From an uncultured Bacilli bacterium (lineage in GTDB: Bacteria; Bacillota_I; Bacilli_A; RF39; UBA660), in the NCBI GenBank assembly GCA_947623825.1, contig CANQHQ010000002.1:10124-74123 (forward strand): a stretch of DNA of 64,000 bases, in the 5' to 3' direction. A program made the translations under genes and the position numbers. The notes beneath the pieces were generated by a model. It did no database searches, was not told the DNA's origin, and saw only the letters and a list, made by a program, of their open reading frames with translations. Below, piece by piece: positions 47,086-57,548 of the stretch (its first letter is position 1; each line of letters starts with the position of its first letter).

Positions 47086-49137
47086 ATGAAAAAAGCATGG
47101 GTATGTTTTCTCTTTTGTGTCGCCCTTTTTCCTTTTGTTTCTGTTCAGGCGATGGATGCATGGCAGGTTCGTCAAAGAGGAAGCGATTGTCCGAATATCG
47201 AACTTGCGATAGCGAAAGCAGACGGTAGTTTAGAAAAAGTGGCTTGTTATGATCAGTATACAGATGCGAAGTTAGCGATGGATGCGACCGCGAACGATGA
47301 TTTGGTTCTTCTTCAAGGTGGAATGATTATCGATGCGAAATATGCCTTGATTGATTATGACCAATCGACGAGTATTGGATATACCCGTGTTTATAATAAC
47401 GTTCAGTTATCTACGGAAATTACCTATATCCGTGGAGGAGATAGTGATGATGCCGTCTATTTGGGAATGGATCCTAATACAGGAAGAATTCGTATTAAGG
47501 TAAGCGGTGTCGATGGGTATATTGCCCGATATGAAAACGAAGGTCAAAGACTCAATCAATTATACGATATTGTTCCTCTTGCATGGGTAAAAAGTCCTAG
47601 TTATTATGAAATTACCGATGATACGATTATTCATCATTTACCAGCGAATGTTTACGCTACGAAAGGAGAGTATTCAATTCGCATTGGACGAAAACCTGAG
47701 ATGATGTCACCAGGTAATTATTATAGTTATGATGGAATTTATTTTTATCAAGATATGAAAACGATGATGAACGATTATAAGAATGGAGTTTCGACAGGAG
47801 CTGTTAATGCGAGTCAACCTTTTTATAATTATTACCAATATTTATCTTTCCGTACGAAAACAACTTATAATTCTGCGAACTTAGATCAATTTATCGCCAG
47901 TCGTGTCGGAAGTAGTTCTTCTGTAATGCTTAATACAGGTGCTTCTTTCATCGATGCCCAAGAAAAATACGGAATCAATGCCGCTATGATGTTGGCGATT
48001 GGGGCCAATGAATCCGATTTTGGAACGAGTAGTATCGCGCGGGCGAAGAATAATTTATTTGGACTTAGTGCGGTCGATGCTTCTCCAGGACAGAGTGCCA
48101 GTGTTTATGCTTCTCCAGCTGCTTGTATTGAAAGTTATGCCTATAGTTGGTTGGCTTATGGATACGTTCAACCAGGAGATTATCGTTTCCATGGCGCCCA
48201 ATTCGGTAATAAACAAATTGGTCTTAATATTAAATATGCATCGGACCCTTATTGGGGAGAGAAAGCTGCCCAATATTATTACGCTTTGGATCGGTTCTTT
48301 GGATTCCAAGACTATAATTCTTATACAATTGCCATTTTAAATAATAATTATAATGGGGAAGTATACCCTAAAAAAACACCGGATGGATTCCGTGTTTCTA
48401 GTAGTTTTTATCAATATAAAGATAAAAATAGTTCTGTTGTTGTCTTAGGGGAAGTCAGTGGTCCAGAGGTTGGTGGAAGTACCGTTTGGTACAAAATTAT
48501 GAGTGATCCTACGTTGGATGATACGATGGAGTATTATGGAGATTCTAAATCGAATCCAAGAGTTCTTTATCGTTGGCATCAAAGGGTGTATGTACCTTCG
48601 GTTTACTTTACAAAGATTAATACAGGAACGCTTACCGATATTCCGAATGTAACACCTCCAGTAGAGCCAACTCCTAGTACGACTCCAGAAGAGACGCCTC
48701 CTGCCCAAAAGGAAGAGACAGTGCCGGATAAGCCGATTTCTCAAATCGTGACGGAAGCGGGGTATCGTTATGAAAATGGTTACATTTTGGGAGTAAGTTC
48801 CGGAATGACGATGGATGCGATGGTTCAAAAGTTAACCGCTGCGGGTGGAAGTGTATCGACTTCTTCTACGACGGTGGGTACTGGTACCGTTCTTTCTATT
48901 ACTTCTGGAAAACTTCAAGAAACATTGACGATTTTGATTTATGGTGATGTCGATGGAGACGGTTCGATTTCGGCTGTCGATTATGTACGAGTCAAAAATC
49001 ATATTATGGGAACTTCTATTTTGTCTGGCGCCAATCAACTTGCGGCGGATGTCAATAAAGATGTTTCTATTTCCGCTGTGGATTATGTCAATATTAAAAA
49101 TTATATTATGGGAAATGCCAATGTCATTCAAAATTAA
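47086..49137 (+). CDS. Secreted cell-wall hydrolase with a glucosaminidase (LytD-type) domain and a C-terminal dockerin-type double repeat.
   Basis: Signal peptide MKKAWVCFLFCVALFPFVSVQA. INAAMMLAIGANESDFGTSSIARAKNNLFGL matches the glucosaminidase family. C-terminal repeats are GDVDGDGSISAVDYVRVKNHIMG and ADVNKDVSISAVDYVNIKNYIMG. Confidence 0.75.
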   Translation: MKKAWVCFLFCVALFPFVSVQAMDAWQVRQRGSDCPNIELAIAKADGSLEKVACYDQYTDAKLAMDATANDDLVLLQGGMIIDAKYALIDYDQSTSIGYTRVYNNVQLSTEITYIRGGDSDDAVYLGMDPNTGRIRIKVSGVDGYIARYENEGQRLNQLYDIVPLAWVKSPSYYEITDDTIIHHLPANVYATKGEYSIRIGRKPEMMSPGNYYSYDGIYFYQDMKTMMNDYKNGVSTGAVNASQPFYNYYQYLSFRTKTTYNSANLDQFIASRVGSSSSVMLNTGASFIDAQEKYGINAAMMLAIGANESDFGTSSIARAKNNLFGLSAVDASPGQSASVYASPAACIESYAYSWLAYGYVQPGDYRFHGAQFGNKQIGLNIKYASDPYWGEKAAQYYYALDRFFGFQDYNSYTIAILNNNYNGEVYPKKTPDGFRVSSSFYQYKDKNSSVVVLGEVSGPEVGGSTVWYKIMSDPTLDDTMEYYGDSKSNPRVLYRWHQRVYVPSVYFTKINTGTLTDIPNVTPPVEPTPSTTPEETPPAQKEETVPDKPISQIVTEAGYRYENGYILGVSSGMTMDAMVQKLTAAGGSVSTSSTTVGTGTVLSITSGKLQETLTILIYGDVDGDGSISAVDYVRVKNHIMGTSILSGANQLAADVNKDVSISAVDYVNIKNYIMGNANVIQN

Positions 49138-49150
49138 AAGGGGTATGTGA

Positions 49151-50527
49151 ATGAAAAAAGTTTTTAATTTCTTTGTCGTTGCTTTTGTTTTATTTCTAAT
49201 TTCTCCTACTGTCTATGCGGGAAGTTTAAATATTAGTGCTTCTAGTAAAACGGTTACGCAAGGAGGAAGTGTCAACATTACCGTTTCCGCTTCTGGGCTT
49301 GCGGGAAAGTTTTCTATTTCGAGTTCGAATGGCAACGTTCTTTCTGGTGGGGCTTCCAATGAGTGGTTAGAAAATGAATCGAAAACGTATCGATTTACCG
49401 CTAAGTCTACCGGAAGTGCGACGATTACGGTAACAGCTCTTGATGCGGCCGATAGTTCTTCGAATAGTAAATTTACAGGAAGTCGTTCTGTGACCATTCA
49501 GGTCGTAAAACCGCGAGAAAAATCGAATAATAATTACTTGTCGAATTTATGGGTTGATGGATTTTCGTTGAATCCCGAATTTTCTAAGGATCAAGGTGAA
49601 TATCAATTAGAAGTACCTGCTGAAACAGAAAAGATTCATATTCAGGCTTCTAAAGAAGATTCGTATGCTTCGGTAGAAGGAACAGGGGAATTTGAAGTCA
49701 GTGAAGGAGACCAACGCTTTGAAATTAAAGTTACCTCTGAGACCGGAAAAGAACGGGTCTATGCCATTGTCGTATCCGTAAAGGATGAGAATCCCATTGT
49801 CGTAGAGATGGATGGTGCGTCTTATACGGTTGTGAAGCGCGCTAGTTCTTTGGAATGTCCTTCCTTATTCGAAGAGACGAAAGTAACCATTCAAGATATC
49901 GAAGTACCTGGTTTTTACAATTCCACTTCGGATTTAACACTGGTCGGGTTACGAGGAGAAGAGGGAAACATCTTCTTGGCTATGTACGATTCGAAGGCGA
50001 ATACTTATATGAAATATCAGCCTGTTGTGGCTCCCGCCTTTTCTATCGTTTCTCTTCCGGAAAAACCATGGAAAGATTTCTCTAAAGTGACTTTTCAAAT
50101 AGGAGAAGAAACATATGAAGGATATCAACTTCATGCGAAAAGTTCGTTCGTTTATCTTTATGGTTTGCGAATAGATACAGGAGAAAAAGCATGGTACGTT
50201 TACGATAAAGAAGAGGGAACGCTTCAGAGATATCAAGATGAAGAATTACAGGATGCGAAAGAAACGTACGAAAAGAAATTGGAAGAGAATAAAAAAGTCA
50301 TCTTGTTATTAGGAGGTACTTCTATCTTTTTACTCCTTGTGGTACTTCTTTTAGTATTTACGAGAAAACCTCATTCTAAGAAGAGAAAACGTTCTACTCC
50401 TGTGGTAGAACCTGAGGAAAAGAAGAAAGAAGAGAAAGAAGAAGTCGAGGAGAAAGACGAGGAAGCGTCGACGGAACAGAAAGAAAAAGAGGAGAAAAAG
50501 AAATCTTCTAAGAAAAAGAAAGACTAA
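49151..50527 (+). CDS. Surface protein with a signal peptide, a cadherin-like beta-sandwich domain, a C-terminal TM and a highly charged K/E-rich cytoplasmic tail.
   Basis: NNYLSNLWVDGFSLNPEFSKDQGEYQLEVP...IHIQA resembles the cadherin-like beta-sandwich family. TM ILLLGGTSIFLLLVVLLLVF is followed by a KKRKR...EEKKKEEKEE tail. Confidence 0.6.
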   Translation: MKKVFNFFVVAFVLFLISPTVYAGSLNISASSKTVTQGGSVNITVSASGLAGKFSISSSNGNVLSGGASNEWLENESKTYRFTAKSTGSATITVTALDAADSSSNSKFTGSRSVTIQVVKPREKSNNNYLSNLWVDGFSLNPEFSKDQGEYQLEVPAETEKIHIQASKEDSYASVEGTGEFEVSEGDQRFEIKVTSETGKERVYAIVVSVKDENPIVVEMDGASYTVVKRASSLECPSLFEETKVTIQDIEVPGFYNSTSDLTLVGLRGEEGNIFLAMYDSKANTYMKYQPVVAPAFSIVSLPEKPWKDFSKVTFQIGEETYEGYQLHAKSSFVYLYGLRIDTGEKAWYVYDKEEGTLQRYQDEELQDAKETYEKKLEENKKVILLLGGTSIFLLLVVLLLVFTRKPHSKKRKRSTPVVEPEEKKKEEKEEVEEKDEEASTEQKEKEEKKKSSKKKKD

Positions 50528-50580
50528 AAAAAGAAGTAGGTTTTGGTAAACTTACTTCTTTTATTGTGACATGGAATCGT

Positions 50581-52188
50581 TTAATTTCCTTTGCTGACAG
50601 TTAACGTTATCGTCGTCTGTGTTGGTACTTCGCTTCCTTTTCGCATGGATTGCTTGATGATTCGATCTTTTTCTACGGTTTGACTAGTTTCGTAAGTATA
50701 TTCACAAATGAGATTTGCCTTTTTACAAGCAGTTTCTGCTTCTTTTTTTGTCATGTTACTAAAATCTGGAACGGAAACGGTACTTCCTTGGGATACGACA
50801 ATTTGTACTGTATCTGTATTTTTTATTTTTTGATTTTCTTTATGTGAAGAGGAAATTAATTCACCGATAGGAACGGTTGTACTGAATTCGTATTGAATCG
50901 TATAGGCTATTCCCATTTCTTCTGCCCAAGCCCTAAAGTCTTCAGCGGAAGTGAATTTTATCATGTATACTTGTCCTTTGGAAAGAATTACTTCAATTAA
51001 TTCTCCGACTTCTACGGTTTCTCCTTTTTGTTTTGAAGAAGAAATAACTTTTCCTTTGGCAATCGTATCATCGGCTTCTTCTTTGAAGGTGATTTTTACC
51101 TTGTTTTCTGCACCCCAACTGGTAATTTCGGTCGCGGACATTTCTTTGAAGTTCGGTACGGTAATTTCATGATTTCTGGCGATGGTGATTATCATTGGTT
51201 TTTGGTTTTCTAGATTGACAATTTTTCCTGCTTTGACGCTTTGTTTGCTGATTTTTCCTTCTTCTATTTCTTCACTATAGCCATACTGAATTTCGTATTC
51301 TAAATAGTTTCTTCGTAACCATACACTCGCATGAAATTCATCCATTCCGACGAGGTCTTTCATCGTGACGTACTTGAGTTTTCTTTCTTTTCCTAACGAT
51401 ACTTTGAGTTCAATTTTTTCATTTCGCTTCATGGTACTTTCTAGATTTTGAGAGAAGATGATATCTTTTTCGTAGTCTTCGCGAAATTCGAAGTCGATTG
51501 TGATATTACTTAAATAGTTTTCATCGATGTAATTTAAGGCCTTGTCTAAGTTCCATCCAATCATATTTGGAACGACTGTTTCTTTTTCTGGATTGGGTCC
51601 GTCGGATACGACAACGGTCATACTGTCGATTCCTTTTATAGAAGTTCCTGGGGTGATACTTTGACTGATTACTTTGTATTTTTCGATGGTATCACTATAT
51701 TCGTAAACCTGTTCCATGAGGATATCGTGTTCTTCTGCCCAAGCGACGACTTCCGTTATTTCTTTTCCATAGAAATTTTCTACCAATACCTCTTCCTTTT
51801 TTCCTATCCCACTATTGGAAATGAGATTCCAACTGGCATAAAGAATTAGTAGAAGAGAAGCAATGATGACAAAGATTCTTCCTTTTTTATTATCTGCGAA
51901 TAGGCTGGTGAATAAGAAAAAAACGGTGAAAATACTAAGAAGGAAGGTACTGATAATCGTTGTGGATTGTGACCATACATTTTCACTTTTCATCACTACT
52001 TGAATTGATAAGGCAATCATCAAAACTAAGGCGAGTGAGAGAAGGAGATACGTGATGATTTTGGCAATTCGATTTTTAGGAGTAAAATCATCGATGATTT
52101 TTTCTTCTAGTTTTTCTTTCTTTAATTCTTCGATTTCTTGTAGTCGTTTTTCTTTTTCTTCGGGACTGAGTCCGTTTTGTCTATCCAT
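50581..52188 (-). CDS. Membrane protein with five extracellular PASTA domains and no kinase or transpeptidase domain.
   Basis: Repeated VP[ND][FM]xGxxxxEAxxxxxx......Y....S........VI.QS...G......I.L.VS.G modules. N-terminal coiled-coil region and TM helices. Start taken at the ATG after RBS AGAGGTGA. Confidence 0.75.
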   Translation of the reverse strand: MDRQNGLSPEEKEKRLQEIEELKKEKLEEKIIDDFTPKNRIAKIITYLLLSLALVLMIALSIQVVMKSENVWSQSTTIISTFLLSIFTVFFLFTSLFADNKKGRIFVIIASLLLILYASWNLISNSGIGKKEEVLVENFYGKEITEVVAWAEEHDILMEQVYEYSDTIEKYKVISQSITPGTSIKGIDSMTVVVSDGPNPEKETVVPNMIGWNLDKALNYIDENYLSNITIDFEFREDYEKDIIFSQNLESTMKRNEKIELKVSLGKERKLKYVTMKDLVGMDEFHASVWLRRNYLEYEIQYGYSEEIEEGKISKQSVKAGKIVNLENQKPMIITIARNHEITVPNFKEMSATEITSWGAENKVKITFKEEADDTIAKGKVISSSKQKGETVEVGELIEVILSKGQVYMIKFTSAEDFRAWAEEMGIAYTIQYEFSTTVPIGELISSSHKENQKIKNTDTVQIVVSQGSTVSVPDFSNMTKKEAETACKKANLICEYTYETSQTVEKDRIIKQSMRKGSEVPTQTTITLTVSKGN

Positions 52189-52316
52189 TCGGTTCACCTC
52201 TTATTTTCATTATATAATAGAAATGGTGGAAAAAGAAAAGAAATGCGAGAATTTGACTTGGAAAAGTGTCGAATTTTCAGGAAATATGTTATACTTTTTT
52301 TATCAGGGGTGATACT

Positions 52317-53042
52317 ATGAAAGGAAATTCCAATCCACGGGAAATTCATCTTACGAAGAACTTTGCCCAAAAAGCCGTATCGATGATTTGTGTTTTTCTT
52401 TCCTTTTTTCTTTTAAATTTTTATTTTGTTTCCTTGGTCGGATTTTCTTTTTTTGATCGTTCTTCGTGGGTGACCAATCAATTTTTTACTTTGAGTTGGA
52501 TTCTTTTATTGATTGGAATCATTTATTCTTTTCGTGGTATTTTTCGGACGATTTCTTTTTGTATTTTGTATGTTCTTTTTGTAGTTGTGGCTCATTTAGA
52601 ATCCATTTCTTTCCTTGCGAAAGGGGAATTTTTCCATTTATTTGATGGTTTTTCGGTTCCTTATTCTCAATGGTCTTTTTATACAGGAGAGAATTTTATT
52701 CTTTTTTTGTTTCTTAGTCTTTTCTTTGTGATTCTTGCTTGTTATTTTTTTCATCATGGACATGTTCTTCCTTCTACAGGGTATTCCAAAGCCTTTTTCT
52801 ATTTAGGAATCTTCTGTTCGTTTCTTCTTTGTCGGGGGATTGCTTATTATTCTTTAGGACCCCAAATTATTTATACGAGTGGGAAAGAATCCAATGATTT
52901 TAAGACCATTTATTTAAATTATCAAAAGGAAACAGAAAATTTTAAGATTTCAGGATTATATGATTTTACATTACGTGGATGTTATTACCAAGTGATACAA
53001 CAGTGGGAAGAAACAGATCGCTATCTAAGAAAGGGAGAGTGA
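52317..53042 (+). CDS. Polytopic membrane protein, hypothetical.
   Basis: Multiple hydrophobic segments. Start at MKGNSNP after RBS AGGGGTGA. Confidence 0.45.
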   Translation: MKGNSNPREIHLTKNFAQKAVSMICVFLSFFLLNFYFVSLVGFSFFDRSSWVTNQFFTLSWILLLIGIIYSFRGIFRTISFCILYVLFVVVAHLESISFLAKGEFFHLFDGFSVPYSQWSFYTGENFILFLFLSLFFVILACYFFHHGHVLPSTGYSKAFFYLGIFCSFLLCRGIAYYSLGPQIIYTSGKESNDFKTIYLNYQKETENFKISGLYDFTLRGCYYQVIQQWEETDRYLRKGE

Positions 53043-53046
53043 TAGG

Positions 53047-54705
53047 ATGAAATATTTCAAAGAGAGTAGCTTCCTTCTTTTCTTTTATCTTGTGTTGTTG
53101 TTTATTGGACCGAGTTGTTTGTTCTTTTTGAGAGTACCAATTTTACCAATTAATGCGGTCATGTATTTTCTTCTTGCGGGTCTCGTTTATCATTTTTTTA
53201 CGATCGTTTTAAGAAAGAAAAATCTTCCTTTTTCTCAGTTTCTTCGTGTTTTAGGGCTTTCTTGTGGGGTGGTTCTTTTTTCTCTTGTTCTTTCTTGTTT
53301 TCTTTTTGATCGATCGAGTGATGGAGATACGTATCATAAAGATGCGATTGGAATTTTAAAAGAAGGATGGAATCCGATTTACCAATCGAGTGAAACGTTT
53401 ATTGAAAATCGCTTCGATGATAGTAAAAACTTGGTGACTTACAGTATTTGGGCAGATCATTATGCGAAAGCCAATTGGATTATTTCCGCCAATTTTTATT
53501 CCTTTACTGGGAATATTGAGTCTGGGAAAGCAATCAACTTTTTAAGTCTTTACCTTCTTTTTGGACTTGTTTTCTCTTTCTTTGTGGAAAAATGGGGATG
53601 GGTTCGTTCTCTCTTGTTTTCTGTTGTCGTTACGATGAATCCTATTACGGCGAGTCAACTTTATACTTTCTATAATGATTCTCTTGTTTGTATTTGGTTA
53701 TTTCTTTCTATTTTTCTTCTTTTATTATTAGATCAGAAAGAATCCAAAGCTTTATGGTTCTGTTATGGATGTGCATTTTTTGTTTTATCCAATTTGAAAT
53801 TTAATGGATTAGGTTATCTTCTTGTTTTTAGTTTCTTCTTTATGTGTCGTAAACTCTATTTTGCTTACAAGAACCATTCCTTTATGCCTAAGTTTCGACA
53901 GTTAGTCTTTTTCTTTGTTCCTTTGTTTATCCTTTCGCTTCTTGTTTTTGGTTATCCTACGTATGTGAAAAATACGCTAGAACATCATACGCCTTTCTTT
54001 CCTCTTTATGGAGAAGGGAAAGAAGATATTATGACGGCACAGGAACCAGAGGCTTTTTTGACGATGTCTCCGATTCAAAAACTTTTTTCTTCTACTTTTT
54101 CTAAAGTGAATAATTTAAGAGAAAAAAATGAAACAGAGTGGAAGATTCCTTTTACTGTTTCCAAAGATGAAATCGTACCAGCCACTTCTTACGATTTAAG
54201 AATCAGTGGTTTTGGAGTTTTCTTCAGTGGTTTGTTGTGTATCAGTCTTTTCTTATTGGTTTATTATTATCCTAAATATAAAAAGGATTCTAGAATTTTA
54301 TTTACTCTTTTTATTACGACTCTTTTATTGTTGGTCATGAATGAGAGTTGGTGGGCTAGATACACGCCACATTTTTATTTGTTTGTTGTTTTTGCGGTTT
54401 ATTGTCTTTTCGAATATGGAAGAAAGAAGACATCTATTTTTTCTCTATTCTTCTTTCTCCTTTTACTAGCGAATGTGGCTCTTCCATTCTTCGGAAATAG
54501 TTATTACGTTCTTTCGAATAGTGGAAAAATACATAGTGAGTTATCTTCTTTACGCGGAAAGAATGTAGAACTAAATGTGGGCCCTTATTATGGAATTGTT
54601 TATAATTTTAAAGATTATGGAATTACGTATCAATTGAAGGAGGAAGTTTTGAAAGAGGGTATTTTTTATGATATGGTTTCTTACCAGGTGATCGATGATG
54701 AATAA
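53047..54705 (+). CDS. Large polytopic membrane protein, possibly a GT-C-like glycosyltransferase or polymerase of a cell-surface glycopolymer pathway.
   Basis: More than 10 predicted TM segments. It lies in a cluster with a GT2 gene and an LCP gene. Confidence 0.45.
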   Translation: MKYFKESSFLLFFYLVLLFIGPSCLFFLRVPILPINAVMYFLLAGLVYHFFTIVLRKKNLPFSQFLRVLGLSCGVVLFSLVLSCFLFDRSSDGDTYHKDAIGILKEGWNPIYQSSETFIENRFDDSKNLVTYSIWADHYAKANWIISANFYSFTGNIESGKAINFLSLYLLFGLVFSFFVEKWGWVRSLLFSVVVTMNPITASQLYTFYNDSLVCIWLFLSIFLLLLLDQKESKALWFCYGCAFFVLSNLKFNGLGYLLVFSFFFMCRKLYFAYKNHSFMPKFRQLVFFFVPLFILSLLVFGYPTYVKNTLEHHTPFFPLYGEGKEDIMTAQEPEAFLTMSPIQKLFSSTFSKVNNLREKNETEWKIPFTVSKDEIVPATSYDLRISGFGVFFSGLLCISLFLLVYYYPKYKKDSRILFTLFITTLLLLVMNESWWARYTPHFYLFVVFAVYCLFEYGRKKTSIFSLFFFLLLLANVALPFFGNSYYVLSNSGKIHSELSSLRGKNVELNVGPYYGIVYNFKDYGITYQLKEEVLKEGIFYDMVSYQVIDDE

Positions 54706-55942
54706 GGTTTTTGCTTTTTTTCAAAGTCGAAAAGCAATCGATTGGTTTTATTTCTTTTTACTTTTGGGTCCGTTTCTTGATGTCGCTAGTTATTTAGGAA
54801 TCGGTGGGACTTTTTCTCTTAGTATTCTGGTGCGTACCTTTTATTTAGGGGTATTATTTGTTTTGTTTTTACGAAAGAAGAAAGATCTTGGCTATTTCTT
54901 TTGTTTTACAGGTATCGGCATTCTTTTGTTTTGTTTTTCCGTCTTTTATTTAAAACATTCTTTTTTTGAGAGTGTTTCTTCGACTTTAAAAATCTTATTT
55001 TTACCGCTATCTCTTTTATATTTTCGAGATGTTTCTTATGATGAGAAGCGAGATCGAGTCTTAGAAATGGTTCTTTTTACGTATCTATTGATATTTGTGT
55101 TTTCTTATCTTTTGGGAATTGGTGCGGATGTTTACTTAGAAAGTGATGGAAAATCTGGATTTAAAGGATTATTTTATTCTATTAATGAATTTAGTGCGAT
55201 TGTGGTATCTTTATTCTTTTATGTTTCTTGTCAATTAAAAAAATCTCGCCATTATGGGAGACTAGGCCTTTTGTTTTTCCTTACGATTGTTACAAGTTTG
55301 TTAATTGGAACCAAAGTGTTATTTGGGGGAATTCTTTTTACTGTTTTTTATCTTCTTTACTTAGAACGAGACTTTTTGTTTTTCCAACGAACCAAAATAG
55401 AGAAATTAGGAATCGTAATAGGAATGTGTTTGATTCTTTTTCTTGGGTGTTTCTTCTTTTCAAAGACAAGAATTTATGAAAATATGAAAGTTCAACAAGA
55501 ATTTTTTCAAGTAAATCACGTCTTCTCTTATGATTTTCTTAATCGCGTTATTTTTAATGATCGTCTTACGTTTGTCGGTAGAAATTATGATTATTTTATG
55601 AAACAGCCTCTTCTTTCGCAGTGTTTCGGAATAGGACTTGGAGAAACAGATGTAAAATTGGTGGAATTAGATGGTTTTGATCTTTTGTTCCGCTATGGAA
55701 TTGTTGGGTTTGTTTTCTTTGCTTTTGCACTCGTTCGTTTGATTCCGTGGCAAAGACTAGAACTGGAAGCAGGAATATCGATTGGTTTATTGCTTCTCAT
55801 TTCTTGTCTAAGTGGGCACGTCTTGTTTTATCCAGCGGTCGCTATTTATTTCGTTCCTTTTTCTCTTTGTGCGCCGGTGGTTTCCAAAAAGAGGCAACGC
55901 CCTCGTAAAAAGAAAATTCGTGATTCGAAAGGTTTCTTTTGA
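54695..55942 (+). CDS. Polytopic membrane protein, possibly O-antigen ligase/polymerase-like.
   Basis: About 10 TM segments. Overlaps the upstream gene by 11 nt. The family was not confirmed. Confidence 0.45.
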   Translation: MMNKVFAFFQSRKAIDWFYFFLLLGPFLDVASYLGIGGTFSLSILVRTFYLGVLFVLFLRKKKDLGYFFCFTGIGILLFCFSVFYLKHSFFESVSSTLKILFLPLSLLYFRDVSYDEKRDRVLEMVLFTYLLIFVFSYLLGIGADVYLESDGKSGFKGLFYSINEFSAIVVSLFFYVSCQLKKSRHYGRLGLLFFLTIVTSLLIGTKVLFGGILFTVFYLLYLERDFLFFQRTKIEKLGIVIGMCLILFLGCFFFSKTRIYENMKVQQEFFQVNHVFSYDFLNRVIFNDRLTFVGRNYDYFMKQPLLSQCFGIGLGETDVKLVELDGFDLLFRYGIVGFVFFAFALVRLIPWQRLELEAGISIGLLLLISCLSGHVLFYPAVAIYFVPFSLCAPVVSKKRQRPRKKKIRDSKGFF

Positions 55943-56012
55943 GACCTTTTTTCTTTTGAAACACTTTTTCTTTGGACTAGGAATCTTTTCTATTTTATGG
56001 TAAAATAACGGT

Positions 56013-56882
56013 GTGATTAATATGAAAACGGGAATGTTAATAATTAATTATAATGATTATGAATCAACGAAACATTTACTAAATCAGGTTCGTTCTTATT
56101 CTTATATCGATGCCGTTGTGGTTGTGGATAACTGTTCTACAGATGATTCGGTTCGTTCTTTAAAGCGAATCAAGATGGACCGGTTAACGATTTTACCGAT
56201 GGAAAAGAATGAAGGATATTCGAAAGCCATTAATGAGGGAAGTCGTTATTTGATTCAAAAGTTGGGACCATGTAATCTTATTATTTCGAATGCTGATATC
56301 GTTTTGTGTGAAGAAGATACTTTACAAGAGATGCTTCTTCTTTTAAAGAAGAAAAAGGTGGGAGCAGTTGGACCAACCGTTTTAGAACATGGTGTGATGA
56401 ATCATGGATGGAAAAATCCTTCTCCTTGGTTGGATTGTCTTATGAATTTACCTTATATTCATCGTTTCATTCGGGAGAAATTTATTTTTTATCCGACCAG
56501 TCATTATGATCAAGATACTTCTCAAGTAGAGGTATTATCCGGTTGTTTTTTTGCGATTTCATCGAAGACTTTTGAAACGATTCATTTTTTAGATGAGAAT
56601 CTTTTCTTGTATTATGAAGAGAATGTGTTAGCTAAAAAACTAGAAGAGAAGAACTTGATTTCTCTTATTGATAATCGTGCCGTGGTCATTCATAATCATT
56701 CTGTTTCCATCGATAAAAATATGAAAAAGATTAAGAAGTATCGTGCCCAGAAGGAAAGTCAATATTATTTTCAAACGACTTATCAACATGCCAATGGATT
56801 TCAACGGGGTATGTTGAAGTTGACTTCTTCTTGTTCTGCTGTTGTCTTATCTATTTATTATTTTTTTAAAGATTTATTTTAG
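56013..56882 (+). CDS. Family 2 glycosyltransferase.
   Basis: N-terminal GMLIINYNDYESTKHLLNQV....IDAVVVVDNCSTDDS is a GT-A/GT2 signature. Confidence 0.7.
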   Translation: MINMKTGMLIINYNDYESTKHLLNQVRSYSYIDAVVVVDNCSTDDSVRSLKRIKMDRLTILPMEKNEGYSKAINEGSRYLIQKLGPCNLIISNADIVLCEEDTLQEMLLLLKKKKVGAVGPTVLEHGVMNHGWKNPSPWLDCLMNLPYIHRFIREKFIFYPTSHYDQDTSQVEVLSGCFFAISSKTFETIHFLDENLFLYYEENVLAKKLEEKNLISLIDNRAVVIHNHSVSIDKNMKKIKKYRAQKESQYYFQTTYQHANGFQRGMLKLTSSCSAVVLSIYYFFKDLF

Positions 56883-56912
56883 AAAATGTATCTTTTAAAG
56901 GAGGAAAGATGT

Positions 56913-57548
56913 ATGATTACCGTCAATGAACAAAGTAGTATTCAATTTCGAATGGAAAAAACGATTTATGTGGATCCTTTTCATTTGAAGGAAGCTCTTC
57001 ACGATGCTGATTTTATTTTTATTACGCATCCTCATTATGATCATTTTTGTATGGAGGATATTTTAAAGTGTCGGAAAGAGGATACGGTCGTTTTTACTGT
57101 TTCTGATACTTATGACTCTCTTCTTTCTTCTTTTTCTCCTGAACAGATTCATATTGTTCATCCAGGAGAATCTTTTTCCCTAGGGGATATTTCTGTAGAG
57201 ACGGTTCCTGCTTATAATTTACATCAACCTTTTCATCCCAAAGAAAAAGGGTGGGTAGGTTATTTGTTTACAATCGACGGGTGTACATATTATGTCATGG
57301 GTGATACAGATGTTCTTCCCTTTATGGAGACTGTTTCTTGTGATACGTTATTTATTCCGATTGGTGGAACTTATACGATGACGATGGAAGAAGCCCTTTC
57401 TCTTGTTCGGAAGATGAAGCCTCGTATGGTGGTTCCCATTCATTATGGGACGATTGTTGGAACTCCGTCCTTAGGAGAACAATTCCTTTCTTCTCTTCCT
57501 AAAGGAGTCGAAGGAAAAAATTTGCTTTCTTTTCCTTCTCATTCTTAA
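56913..57548 (+). CDS. MBL-fold metallo-hydrolase.
   Basis: ADFIFITHPHYDHF matches the HxHxDH motif. RBS AGGAGG 8 nt upstream of the ATG at 56913. Confidence 0.65.
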   Translation: MITVNEQSSIQFRMEKTIYVDPFHLKEALHDADFIFITHPHYDHFCMEDILKCRKEDTVVFTVSDTYDSLLSSFSPEQIHIVHPGESFSLGDISVETVPAYNLHQPFHPKEKGWVGYLFTIDGCTYYVMGDTDVLPFMETVSCDTLFIPIGGTYTMTMEEALSLVRKMKPRMVVPIHYGTIVGTPSLGEQFLSSLPKGVEGKNLLSFPSHS

